From NCBI RefSeq assembly GCF_000281045.1, contig NW_008246076.1, forward strand, positions 426,749 to 446,748: a DNA stretch of 20,000 nt, given 5' to 3'. Below, in pieces: positions 9,986-20,000 of the stretch (position 1 is its first letter; every line of letters starts with the position of its first letter). The notes under the pieces are model-generated. The model saw only the letters and a program-made list of their open reading frames with translations. It was not told the DNA's origin and ran no database searches. Source of the stretch: Saprolegnia diclina VS20 (lineage: Eukaryota). The position numbers and the translations under genes are program-made.

Positions 9986-10899
9986 CGCGGCAAATTTGTC
10001 GATTTCGAAATGCAATCGCGTTGTTCACGCGTGAAAATTGGTTTTACACGTGCGAAAATCAGTTCCACACATGGCCATCACCCGCGCGACCGGTGCAACA
10101 TTCGTTTCGCGCCATTTTTCTCGTCGTGCCGCTTGGGCACCAAAGGTGGAAAAATTGTCTTGTGTACACAGATGTAGAGGCCGTCCATGTACAAAGGAGG
10201 ATGTCGTACGAGTCGCGGGCAGCCCATCCTGTTGACAAACGCGACACCGTTCACCTCATTTCCAAGCATTTACCTCTCTACGGAGAGCACTTGATGGCGC
10301 TACCGCACCATCTTAGCATCATCATGTGACGCTTACACCTGGAGGGCATGCCGCCGAGTCTGTACGTGCAGCTACAGGATAAGGACGTGTGGTTGCGGCT
10401 GTGTGGCCAAGGTGTTGCATGAAGTTGGCTACTAGTACTGGCCGTGTCGCGACATCGCGCGACGAAGATGGTCCGTGGTTGCGAGGGCGTGTCGGGGCAA
10501 GCAATGGCGACGGACGTTCCTTGTTCAGACACACTCTGAAAGCTCGGTGCTGAATATTAATTCGTGCAAGCAAGCGCGATGACGTGGCAAGCAAAATGTT
10601 GGTCGCGCGACAGCATTCTAGCTGTCTCTTTAGTTGGTCGCCCACGACCCTCGGACAAAAATACTCCTCGTGAACATGAGATATATGGACACTGGGATAC
10701 AACATTCACCCCTGTATAATTGCATGGACAGGATGGCAGAAGCCGAGAATTTTGTGTCTTCTAGAGCGTTCCGCGTCTGCCTTCTGGCGTTGCAGAGCCG
10801 CGTCGCAAGTGCAACTTCAACGTGGGGCTGGCGCCCTTCTTTGAGGGCTGAAATTCGGACCTTGCCCTGTCTCGTGGCGAAACCACCTGGACGCAGAAT

Positions 10900-10954
10900 A
10901 TTGGCCAATCACAGTGGACGGCACCGAGAAAGGCGGGGCGCAGTGTCATTTCTA
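10900..10954 (+). promoter_or_regulatory. Core promoter with palindromic double CCAAT box and initiator-like TCATT
   Basis: ATTGGCCAAT at 10900-10909 and TCATTTC at 10946, 22 nt upstream of ATG 10968. TCATT is the core of the oomycete initiator element. Confidence 0.5.
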
Positions 10955-10967
10955 AACCGACCGCGCC

Positions 10968-11276
10968 ATGAGCTTTACGTGCTTGGCCTTCTCACTGGCG
11001 TCGCTCAACCTCGGCAAGTACTCGCGCGCCTCGCTCCTCGGACTGCCCGACGAGCTTGACGTGAACTCGGCCGTCACGCCCTGCTCCAGCACGATCGAGA
11101 ACCACGCGCACAGCGGCAGCTTCATGGTGTCGCTCAAAGCGTCGTCCAAGTCCCACCACGACCTCGATACCTCCGACGACGACGATAATGACAACGACGA
11201 CGGACACATTCACGAGCCTGCACCGCTCTGTAGCTGCGACTCGAACGCCTCGACGATCGTGGCGTCGTGGCGATAG
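10968..11276 (+). CDS. Hypothetical small protein (102 aa), Ser/Asp-rich
   Basis: gccATG context, host-like C/G-ending codons and upstream CCAAT plus initiator-like motif; no recognised domain. Confidence 0.6.
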   Translation: MSFTCLAFSLASLNLGKYSRASLLGLPDELDVNSAVTPCSSTIENHAHSGSFMVSLKASSKSHHDLDTSDDDDNDNDDGHIHEPAPLCSCDSNASTIVASWR

Positions 11277-11839
11277 TCGTCTGCGTACTAACGACTGGAA
11301 ACAGAATATATCTATATCCACATTCGGTTCGGTCGACCACAGAGCGATGCAGGCGCCAGAGTCGGGGAGCGCCGCGTGTCCAAAGACCTTTCCGGCCCCA
11401 TTAGTGCGTTCCATGCGACCACCGCGCGTTCTTGCACAGGGTTCTTTGCGCTGCAATACGCGATGCGTACAGACAGTGTGAACTGTAGAGTGCATCGAGC
11501 AGAGTGGTTCTCATTAGAGGCGTCCTTTCCACCTATCTTGCATGTTTTTGCGCTGCTTAGCTCGTGTTGTATTCTTGCCAGTTGGCTCAGCCCTGTGCAG
11601 AGCTTGTAAATCTCTAATCGTGTTCGTCCGCCAGCACGTCTGCCTACTCGCTCGTCGCTCGACGCTTAGAGTACATTGCTCGTCACACAATTCCGCAACC
11701 GGGCCCTATACGCTCCTCGCTTCACATCCCGGTGGGCCTCCTGAGCGCAACAAAATTTCCCCTTTTTGGACTTCCCCTTGTATGTTACTATCTCCTTTCT
11801 ACAACAAATACGTCGGCATAAAGCTCGGGAGGGTCTGCG

Positions 11840-12542
11840 TTAAAAGAAGGCGCCGAGACGCGCGAGCACAAGCATCATCGAGCCCGAGAAACCGACCACG
11901 AACTGCAGAATGCGCTTCTCGAGCCGCTCGTTGGCAATGTGCAGCGTATTGAGCGTCTCTTCGTCCGTCTTTTTCTGAAGTAAAAACTACATGGCGCAAG
12001 TCAGAATAGTCCCATCGCAAGCATTTATACCTCCTTCTCCACCTTGAGGAGCTCGAACCGCACCTTGTCAAAGTCGAGCTTCTCGGTCATGCGAATGTCG
12101 TTCTTGAGGTTGCTAAAGTCACGTTCGAGCACTTCGCGCATGTGGCGGTGGGCCACATCTACATCAAGTCCATTAGACGACATGTGCCACGACGCCGTAC
12201 CAAAGTTCATGGTCGAGCGCAGCACACGCTGGGACAAGTCGGTCTTGAGCTCGAGGTGGTCCGCCTTGGGAATGTACTAGGCACACACACGCCTAAGCCA
12301 GCGAGACGGAGGCGGCGCGACGCACCAAGGACGCGCGGGACGTGTTCATTTCCTGGATCGCATTGCGCGTCGCGGCCAAGATGACCTCGGCCTCCTTGGG
12401 CGTAAAGCCTACCGCGACGCTAAGCTTGATAGACTGATAGATTGATAGATATGCCTTTTCCGCGCAGGTTTTGCGCGAAGCGGTACGTGTCAAAGTGGAT
12501 GCCCGCCGTGCAAAAGCCGCGGGTCGTCGTCCGCTGCGCCAT
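11840..12542 (-). CDS. DUF1640 / CCDC90-MCUR1-FMP32 family mitochondrial coiled-coil protein, about 173 aa, 5 exons
   Basis: Head motif HFDTYRFAQNLRGKGFTPKEAEVI, a coiled coil, and C-terminal TM RILQFVVGFSGSMMLVLARLGAFF*. Introns at 12454-12409 (GC-AG), 12325-12277, 12200-12159 and 12030-11987 give 522 nt in frame. Confidence 0.85.
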
Positions 12543-13040
12543 TCTTCTGGGTTTACCGCGAATGCGTTTAAACGTGTTTGCACTTGCGTTAAAGCTATCG
12601 CATCTGGTCGCTATATTCAAGCGCAGGTCGGTGACATAGTGCGCAATGGCTGAGCGTGCACGAAGCGATGCGTATACACCACGTTATCAACGCTACGAGG
12701 TCGGCTCCTATAGCGTCCATTACACCAAGGTGACGTGTCAGCTGCATCTTGGGTTCAACATTGGCGCATCAACACGAGCTGCATTCCAGCAAGAAGGGTA
12801 CTGTTCAAGAGCAGTGCAAGGGTAAAAAGGAATATACCTCGTTGTGCACAAGTACAAGTAGATGCCATGAGGACACGTCCATGCATCGGCTGCCAAGGCG
12901 GCTCCATGGGTTTAACCCACATGGATGACCAAGCAGGTTTAAACAATGCACGCCGAACGCCGAACGCCAAACGCTACATCCGGATAAGATAACCGGATAA
13001 GATCGAAGCTTCAACCATTTTGGAAAGGCCGTCGCATGGC

Positions 13041-14590
13041 ATGGCGCCACTGAACTCTGCGCTGGTCCTGCTCGGGCTCCGCCTCGTTTACGGAGCTATG
13101 CTCTGGGACGACATGAACCAGGTCGACATTCCGTTGCGTCCGGAGCTGCAGAACGTTCGAGGTGCACTCCCACCGCCACGGCCGCTGCTGCCGCGCCACC
13201 GCGCCCCGACCATCGAGCTCACGCTTGCCGCGAGCGACGACGCCGAGCGCTGTGGTCGCACCGTTTTCTCTGCGTTCCAAGAAGCTTCGAATCCGGATCG
13301 CGTGTTTGTCTACCTCGTCCATGGTCACGCTCCATCGCGGAGCCAGCGATGTCGCCTTGCGTACTGCGCACTTGCTGCGCAGGAAGGATTCGCTGCATCG
13401 ATGCAACCCGTAAACTGTCCCTACGAAGCCCAGCTCGTTGCAGTGGCCACGCCGGCGTCAAGTCAACATGGGACGCATGGTAGCACGTCTATCTCGCACC
13501 ATGGTCATCTCACGCCTACCAGATTTCTGTGCGACGGCGCCATCGAGCGCTCAGCTCGCCACGTCATGGGACAACACCGTGCTCCAAGACTGGCTTCGCA
13601 CCGAGAACGAATTCGCCATCGTAACCTCGATCGCGGCGCCAGCGATCTTTTGGTATCCCGGGAGCTTCCCGCATGCATGTGTCCTCGAACGATCGGCGCC
13701 GTTGAAGCCATGGCGCACGTCGGCGCTTCCGTCGCTTGTGCATGACCACACCCGACCGCTACTCGCCCCCTTTTTAGCCCCGACAACTGGTACCCACCTC
13801 GTATTTGATTCACTGGATCGTATGCCGAGCGGCGTAGCGTTCGCCTTTGGTAAATGCCACGCGCGTCACGCTGCAACGTCGGGCGACGTTCTTGCGCGCA
13901 GCGCCGCCCTCTGGGCTCGCGGGTACGACTTTTACTCGGCGCCGAGCAAGATCTTGGAGTACGACGTCAACGACACGTACAACGACGACAACCAACGACC
14001 AATCGCAACGCCCGAGCCCGAGGCAACCAAGCCCGGTGCACGACCGACACATGCCTACTTGGACACCTTCTTGGGCCTCAACACTTCATCTCAGCTCCGC
14101 GACGCCAGCGCGTGCCGGCAGCTGTACTGGGTGCCATTCACCGACACGTCCCATGTACGAACGCTATTTGAACGTACGTTAGGAGCCGAAATAGGCACAA
14201 CGGCTCGTGCAACGCCAGAGCATCGAGCAGACGTTCTATGCGTACCCGCCGTCCAAGGCCAATGAGATGCCATCTGCGTACGTTGCAGAAAGGACGCCCA
14301 ACGGCCACGCGACGCGGCCACCGCGGACGACCGCACACAGTCCGAACGTGCCGTTGCGTGTCGAGATCATGACGGTTGCGTTCGTCTGCTTCTCCATGAC
14401 GAGCTTCCTCCTCGCCGTCCTCGTGCGCTACATTCGCCGACCGCATCAACTGTACGGTCGCCTCGCGTCGCCTTCGTGGCGACCACCACGCACGTCATCC
14501 TTCCCAGACGACGACACGTCCGACTTGCTCCTTCTCTCCTTTGACCGCGACGACGACGACGACGATCGCCAGGACCTCGAACGCTACTGA
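13041..14590 (+). CDS. GT60 / Gnt1-like GlcNAc-transferase homologue, degenerate, with signal peptide and C-terminal TM, about 472 aa
   Basis: Family-like blocks RCGRTVFSAFQEASNPDRVFV, CPY, SWDNTVLQDWLRTENEFAIVTS, FGKCHA, LWARGYDFYS and C.QLYWVPF. Introns at 13480-13522, 13790-13837 and 14155-14194 give a continuous frame. TM segment IMTVAFVCFSMTSFLLAVLV. Confidence 0.75.
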
Positions 14591-14667
14591 AGATTGCAAC
14601 CTTTGCTTGTTGTAGTCTGCGCCGCACAATGAAATCTCTTGTGAGCATCATAACGCCAATACACGTC

Positions 14668-14688
14668 CTATCTATCTATCTATCTATC
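14668..14688. repeat. (CTAT)5 microsatellite
   Basis: CTATCTATCTATCTATCTATC read directly. Confidence 0.9.
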
Positions 14689-14873
14689 AACTAGTATTCA
14701 ACTAGCAGCAATTCCTGAGTTCTCGGCTGCAGGTCGTGCGATTGGGCGTCATGTGGTCCATCTTCCGCAACAGATCCAGTGGGCAAATATTGTTTGTTGT
14801 AGGGCTGGCGACAGCAAACCGCGACTAGTATGTACACGTATGTATTCCTTCTACGACTATTTCCAAGCAGCCA

Positions 14874-16337
14874 TCACATGACTTGGTCGTGGTCGTCGTC
14901 GCCGGTAAATTCACGGGCCTTGTACGTCTTCTCTTCCTTCTTCTTTTGCTCGGCGCTTCGCACAAAGTACGTGCCGTCCATGAGCGCAACGAGTTCGGGC
15001 CAGAGCTTGAGGTGCGAGCACATGATCTTGAACGCCGCGGTCAGCGGCACCGAGAGCATCATGCCTAGATATCTCAGATCGTATATCCTAGCACGGGATG
15101 CTCGTACCGACGACGCCCCAGAGAAGCCCCCACGCCGAGAGCGAGATGATGACGACGACCGGGTCCATCTCGAGCTTCCGGCCAAACACTTTGGGTTCGA
15201 TAAAGTTGCCGACAAACATGTGAAAGCACATGGGGAGGACCATCGCGAGGAACTTGTCCATGGGCGACATGAGGCCGTTCGGTCCTTCCGGCGAGATCAT
15301 GATGATGCACAGCGGCAGGAACGACGCAATCATCGCGCCAACGTTCGGGATCCAGTTGAGAATGAACGTGAGAATGCCCCAGAAAATGGCGAGGCCGACG
15401 TTGAGCGAGACATAGACGATCGTCACGAGGAGCGCGACAAAGAGCGAGAGGTAGCACTTGAGCGTCACAAAGCGCTGGATGTCATTGTCGATCTTGGACC
15501 ACACGCCGCCTACTCGACTCCTCAGACAAGTTGTCTGCGACCGTGCGTACCGGCGTCGGACGCGCGCGTGCGCGTGCAGAGAAAGTACGTGAGGTAGATC
15601 ATCGTCACAAACAAAGTCGAGAGGAGGTCCATGACTTCGGTGAGCACGAGACGCGCGAGCTTGTCGACGTTGTCGTGCAAGGTCGTCGTAATGTTCATGG
15701 GCACCCCGACTTGCTGCGAGAGTACTTCGACGTGCTGGACAAAGGCCGTGTAGCCTTCCTGGTACTTAGTGACTTCGAGCGCGTGGATCGACAGCACAGC
15801 AATGTAGCCGAGGAGGAAGAAGAAGAGACAGACGACCGAGACCGCGCAGAGCGACGAGAAGGCGCGCGAGCAGCCGCGCGAGCGTCGCCGGGCATGACGA
15901 CCTACATAAAGACCATGAGAAGGAGAGTTTGATCGCCAGCGTCGCTGTCGCCTACCGCGCGAGGTGCACACGCAGCAAAAGTACTTGGGCGACACGTCGA
16001 TCATTTCGACGAGCGGGTCCACGAGGTACATGAGGAAGATCGCGAGGAAGAACGGGATGAGCACGACCTTGAACCAGTTCAATAAATAGCACGTCGATGC
16101 AAACCCGGTTGCGAGGAGCGCGCCTTTCACCTCGAATGCGACCCGCTCCATGGGCCGCGTCACATGCGTGAGGAGGTCCGCGAGCGAGACGCCGTGCGCC
16201 GGCGGTAGCACGTTGCGCTGCGACGGCGTCTTGGGCAGCGGCGCTGTTGTCGGCGTCTTGGACGCCATTTCGTCCATGCCCAGTGACGAGTAGGCAATGC
16301 TGTCCGCTGACGACTTGCTGGGCAAAAGCGACGCCAT
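14874..16337 (-). CDS. AI-2E family (PerM/TqsA, UPF0118) transporter, about 441 aa from first plausible ATG, 4 exons
   Basis: Signature segments VLIPFFLAIFLMYLVDPLV, ILNWIPNVGAMIA and GNFIEPKVFGRKLEMDPVVVIISLSAWGLLWGVVGMMLSVPLTA. Introns at 15955-15902, 15550-15510 and 15107-15065. The true start may be at 16463 (see findings). Confidence 0.9.
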
Positions 16338-17117
16338 CGTCAAGCGGTTGCGCAGGAGCTGCTGGTTCTCGGTCGGATGGATGTCGATCTCTACCGCGGT
16401 CTCGTCGTGGACGGAAGGCGAAGCGATCCCGCGCTGCCGCAGGTCCGGGCTCTGGCTGCTTATGGTCGCTGCGCGTCGGGCCGCGATGGATTCCGACAAT
16501 ACACGAGACGCCGTAATACGTGGGCAAGATATAATATTATTACTTTTTATTTGTACCTCGTTTTTGTATGACAATTTGTCATTTTTTATTCGAGTGCACC
16601 CATCAAATAAACAGCAAACCAAACAGCCCCACGTCATGGGCCACGCGCAGGAGGGCTCTGCCAAGCGTGATGACAATCCGAGATGTGGATGGGCAAAAAT
16701 CGACAGGACCATCCGAGGATACCAGTCCTCCAAGCTTGATAGACGCATTCATCCATGCATTTGCGGAGGGCATGCAACGCAAATCGCTTCTTGCTCGGGT
16801 GTTCCTAGCAGTGGCCTCGCCGCTTTACGCCAAGAGCCGCCTGCATGGCTGCGTCGTTGCCGCATCGGCCGTGTTCGTTGCTGTTGCCGTCGACGGCAAC
16901 CCGACGTTATCCTGCAACTAAATCCACCCAATTTTATATGGGAAAAAGGCTTTGAGGCCCTTGCTTTTGTCCTACAAGTGGCGTGGAATAATCCTTCCAT
17001 GGATTGACCTCTCACAATGCATATTTATTCGATCGGAACGCATCGAATGTCAGCATATATCAATTATAAGAGGCCTTTTCGACGGCGGTGTTTGTGGCCA
17101 ACAACGCTGGAGCGCGG

Positions 17118-17130
17118 TGATTGGTCAAAA
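17118..17130. promoter_or_regulatory. CCAAT box upstream of NDUFA9
   Basis: TGATTGGTCAAAA about 55-65 nt upstream of ATG 17185. Confidence 0.6.
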
Positions 17131-17184
17131 AGCGGTATTTTGGCCGGCTCTGTAAGGCGCAACTTCGCGAAATCGACCGCAGTC

Positions 17185-18272
17185 ATGTCGTCCCTTACTC
17201 CTGTCGCGCGGGCCATCTTGAAGAACCCTCCGGGCCGCGTCGCCGGGACGAACCTCACGGCCACCGTCTTCGGCGCCACGGGCTTCCTCGGCCGCTACGT
17301 CGTGGCGCAGCTCGGTACGTCCATCGGCGGCGAGCGCATGGCGGCTCAATGTGCTGCTGCGAATTAGGCAAGACGGGCTGCACCGTGGTCACGCCGTACC
17401 GCGGCGACGACCTCGAGGCCCGCCACCTCAAGCTCATGGGCGACCTTGGCTCGATCGCGCAGGTGCCGTTTAGCGTCCGCGACAAGGACTCGCTCCGCGA
17501 GTGCGTCGAGGGCTCGGACATTGTCATCAACTTGATTGGCAAGCACTACGAGACAAAGCACATCGTGCCGTGGTGGATCAACTACACGTACGACGACGTG
17601 CATGTCGACGCGGCGCGTGACATTGCTGAGGTGTGCGCCGAGATGGGCGTGCCCCGTCTGATTCACTTTTCGAGCACGCTCGCCAAGCCCAACTCGGCGT
17701 CGATGTGGGCGGCCTCCAAGTACCGCGGCGAAGTCGCCGTGCGCAAGGCGTTCCCGAAGGCCAACATTGTGCGCTCGGCCATCATGTACGGCTCGGAAGA
17801 CAAGTTTTTGAACTGGTATGCGAACCGCATGTCGACGGGCGGCATCCCGCTCATCGACAACGGCGCCGCGCGCCTCCAGCCCGTGAACGTCACGGACGCG
17901 GCCCAGGCCTTGTACGCGCTCTGCGTCGACAAGAGCATTGAGGGCGAGACGTTTGAGCTCTACGGTGACGAAGAGTACTCGGCCAAGGAGATTGTCGACT
18001 ACATTGTCGACGTGACAAAGGAAGACCCGAACCTCCTCAACCTGCCGCTGCCGCTCGCCGAAGTCGTCGGCAAGGTCGCGCAGCTCTTCCCGGACCCCAA
18101 GTTTACGCACGACTTGGCGATCCGCATGGCCATGGACCAGGTCAAGACCGGGTCGCTTCCTGGCTTGCGCGAGCTCGGTGTCGAGCCGACCAAGTTGGAG
18201 AAGGAAGCCTTCTCGTTCCTCTTCAAGTTCAACAAGGGCGGCCACTTCCAGGAGGTCTCGGGGTACCATTAA
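17185..18272 (+). CDS. NDUFA9: NADH:ubiquinone oxidoreductase 39 kDa subunit (complex I NDUFA9), 344 aa, 2 exons
   Basis: ATVFGATGFLGRYVVAQLG, VVTPYRGD, RHLKLMGDLG, SDIVINLIG, SKYRGEVAVR and LQPVNVTD. Intron 17315-17367 (GTACGT...TTAG) joins the frames. Confidence 0.96.
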
Positions 18273-18519
18273 AGCTGTGTTGTCGCGCGACGAGGAGCCC
18301 GACTTGTACGATTGCCAATACGACAGTGCATTCTTGTTCACACGTCTTTGTATGCAGTCGAGGTCCGCGGGACGTAGGTCGAGGCATGGCCGAGGGCGTC
18401 GCAGTGTTTGGTTGCTGGGCCACCGTCAACGCTCAGAGTGCAGACGCGCAGAGCTTGGGGTAGGATAGATCCCAGTCACACTTGTTGCGAGAGTCAAAGA
18501 TATCACAAAGGCTAGTATT

Positions 18520-18557
18520 GATTTATGGATTTATGGATTTATGGATTTATGGATTTA
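18520..18557. repeat. 8-bp minisatellite (GATTTATG) x about 4.75
   Basis: Read directly from the sequence. Confidence 0.9.
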
Positions 18558-18845
18558 CCGCAAACCAAATCCTGATTTGGATGATACGATGACGTGGCAG
18601 CAGGGACGCGATGCCATGGGACGGGCAAGTAGGCAACGTAAATTCGGTAACGCTCCGGTCGTTGGACGCTTGCCATGTCCTTGATAACCGAAGAAACAAT
18701 AGCAAGTAGTTGCGTCAGCACCAGAGAAACTGCAGTCGGCGCTTCGAAAGAAGCGTTTCTTCGGTTGGACGACTTTGGATTCAGGACCCCATCATCATTT
18801 GCACATGCGTCGGCGGGCATCGTTCGCTCAAGAGCCAAGAGGAAT

Positions 18846-18884
18846 GCTTAGAGGGCTTAGAGGGCTTAGAGGGCTTAGAGGGCT
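18846..18884. repeat. 9-bp minisatellite (GCTTAGAGG) x about 4.3
   Basis: Read directly from the sequence. Confidence 0.9.
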
Positions 18885-19419
18885 GCTTGCAATACCGATA
18901 CGACGAACAGCTCTGGCCATTGTGCTCTTGAGCGAGCCGTTCGAGGCGCTAGCGCGGGATGGGGTGTCAACGTTTCGTGTGAGAATGCCAGCGCGGTTGG
19001 AATACTTGTGGGACGAATGAAAGGAACTCGGTGGATTTCACTGCTGACGATCGCCCCCAAGTGGGGTGTTGCCGGTACAAGTGGCACGGGTTGCTCACTC
19101 GTGCGACTGCTGCTCTTTGCGTACAATAGTACTAGTAGATTGCCGTTAGCGCAATCATTCATTCAAGTGCCAGGGATAGCAGTGTCTAGTACCGTGCCAA
19201 CGATGCCAAGGGCATACTTGCCGGCTGCAAGCTACTGCCGTCGAGCTCGACGCACCTGGGAACATAAGAAGGACGTGCTTGCATCATGAGCAGACTGCAG
19301 GGCGCTCGCTTAAAATAGTGCCTTACGAGCTCCGTGTGAATATCGCGATTGGCTTGAACCGTCTCGACTGTACCATGCGTTATCACCGGCGTGGTTTGTC
19401 AACGGTGGTACTCTTGTAA

Positions 19420-20000
19420 ATGAAAGAGGAAGTAGCAGGCTCTATGGTGAGCAGCCTCGTAGCTTAGTGCTACCTTGCGTCAGCATACACGCAACTGCAC
19501 AGATACCGGTAGTACGGTGGGGCTCAACCCGCCCAAACGTCTAACAAAGCCAAACCTGGATGGCGACCTTCCAGCGGGACTCGAAAAGCGATGCAGCTTC
19601 AAGCCACAAACCATTTTGCTTGGCTTCTCGGCGCACACCACTCTCTCACTGAAGCACCACCCACCAGATTTGCACCCAGTTTCCGCGCGTCGCCGGAGAT
19701 GTCACTTGCGCGTCGAGCGGCGAAACTCAACATAGCCGTTGTGTGGCGTTGGGCTAATTTGAGATGCGTCATCGCGAGCATGTGCAGTATTGCAATCGCC
19801 GAGCAAATGCTGCACCACCAGTCGTCCCAGCGACGTGTCGTGCCCGTTGCATCCGAGGCCAACCTCCGAGGTCTCGCAGAGCAGCAAGCCGATCAAAAAT
19901 GGAAGCTCGAAGACTGCACTGAGCCGGTGACCCTTCCCGCCGACCAAGCCGATACGATCCATGTCTGGGCGCTCGGTTTTGTCTGCGTCATTGGCGGCCA
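19420..20000 (-). pseudogene. Possible decayed transposase-like (Plavaka/CMC-type) coding relic
   Basis: Protein-like fragments in shifting frames: AVFELPFLIGLLL, WCSICSAIAILHMLAM, LKLHRF, MLTQGST and SYEAAH. The KLH...GST..E.AH pattern recalls that family. Interrupted by stops and frameshifts. Confidence 0.28.

Noticed and set aside
10170..10800. Protein-like reading interrupted by stops (MSYESRAAH...IIM*RLHLEGMPPSLYVQ...)
   Set aside because: No recognisable family and no consistent exon structure.
12400..12452. ATATCT after the DUF1640 exon 1 looked like a U12 AT-AC donor
   Set aside because: It deviates from ATATCCTT, and the available AC acceptor gives the wrong frame. GC-AG fits exactly.
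12951..13003. Short direct repeats (CGCCGAA-like, CCGGATAAGAT x2) upstream of the GT60-like gene
   Set aside because: Too short to distinguish from slippage duplications; no known motif assignable.
16338..16748. Upstream 137 codons of the 408-aa ORF as a genuine N-terminus from ATG 16748
   Set aside because: The part above about 16470 runs through AT-rich promoter-like DNA with non-coding composition; only the portion from 16463 looks coding.
17364..18341. Long antisense or alternate-frame ORFs (also 2788-3579, 5840-6625, 6930-7823, 14830-15597)
   Set aside because: Shadow ORFs caused by strong GC3 codon bias of the real gene on the opposite strand; no independent motifs.
18846..18884. TTAGAGGG repeat as an interstitial telomere or CRISPR-like array
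   Set aside because: The 9-bp unit differs from TTTAGGG/TTAGGG, has only about 4 copies and has no spacers.

Overview
Gene-dense eukaryotic DNA, most consistent with an oomycete (Saprolegnia/Achlya-like): GC-rich third codon positions, many 40-60 nt GT-AG introns and oomycete-type CCAAT boxes. I reconstructed about 11 genes by hand from splice signals. In order: the 3' part of a protein with a HERC2-like segment, a small tail-anchored protein, a membrane protein with a conserved protist helical motif, a head-to-head inverted pair of glutathione reductase genes, STK19, an orphan small ORF, a DUF1640 (CCDC90/MCUR1-like) gene, a degenerate GT60 GlcNAc-transferase-like gene, an AI-2E family transporter and NDUFA9. 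The last 1.5 kb has minisatellites and a possible decayed transposase. The most interesting feature is the reductase pair: the central 807 nt, including the intron, is nearly identical, while the minus-strand copy has diverged mainly at the disulfide-substrate pocket, suggesting a reductase for a different thiol substrate. All family assignments come from motif recognition by memory, not from database searches.
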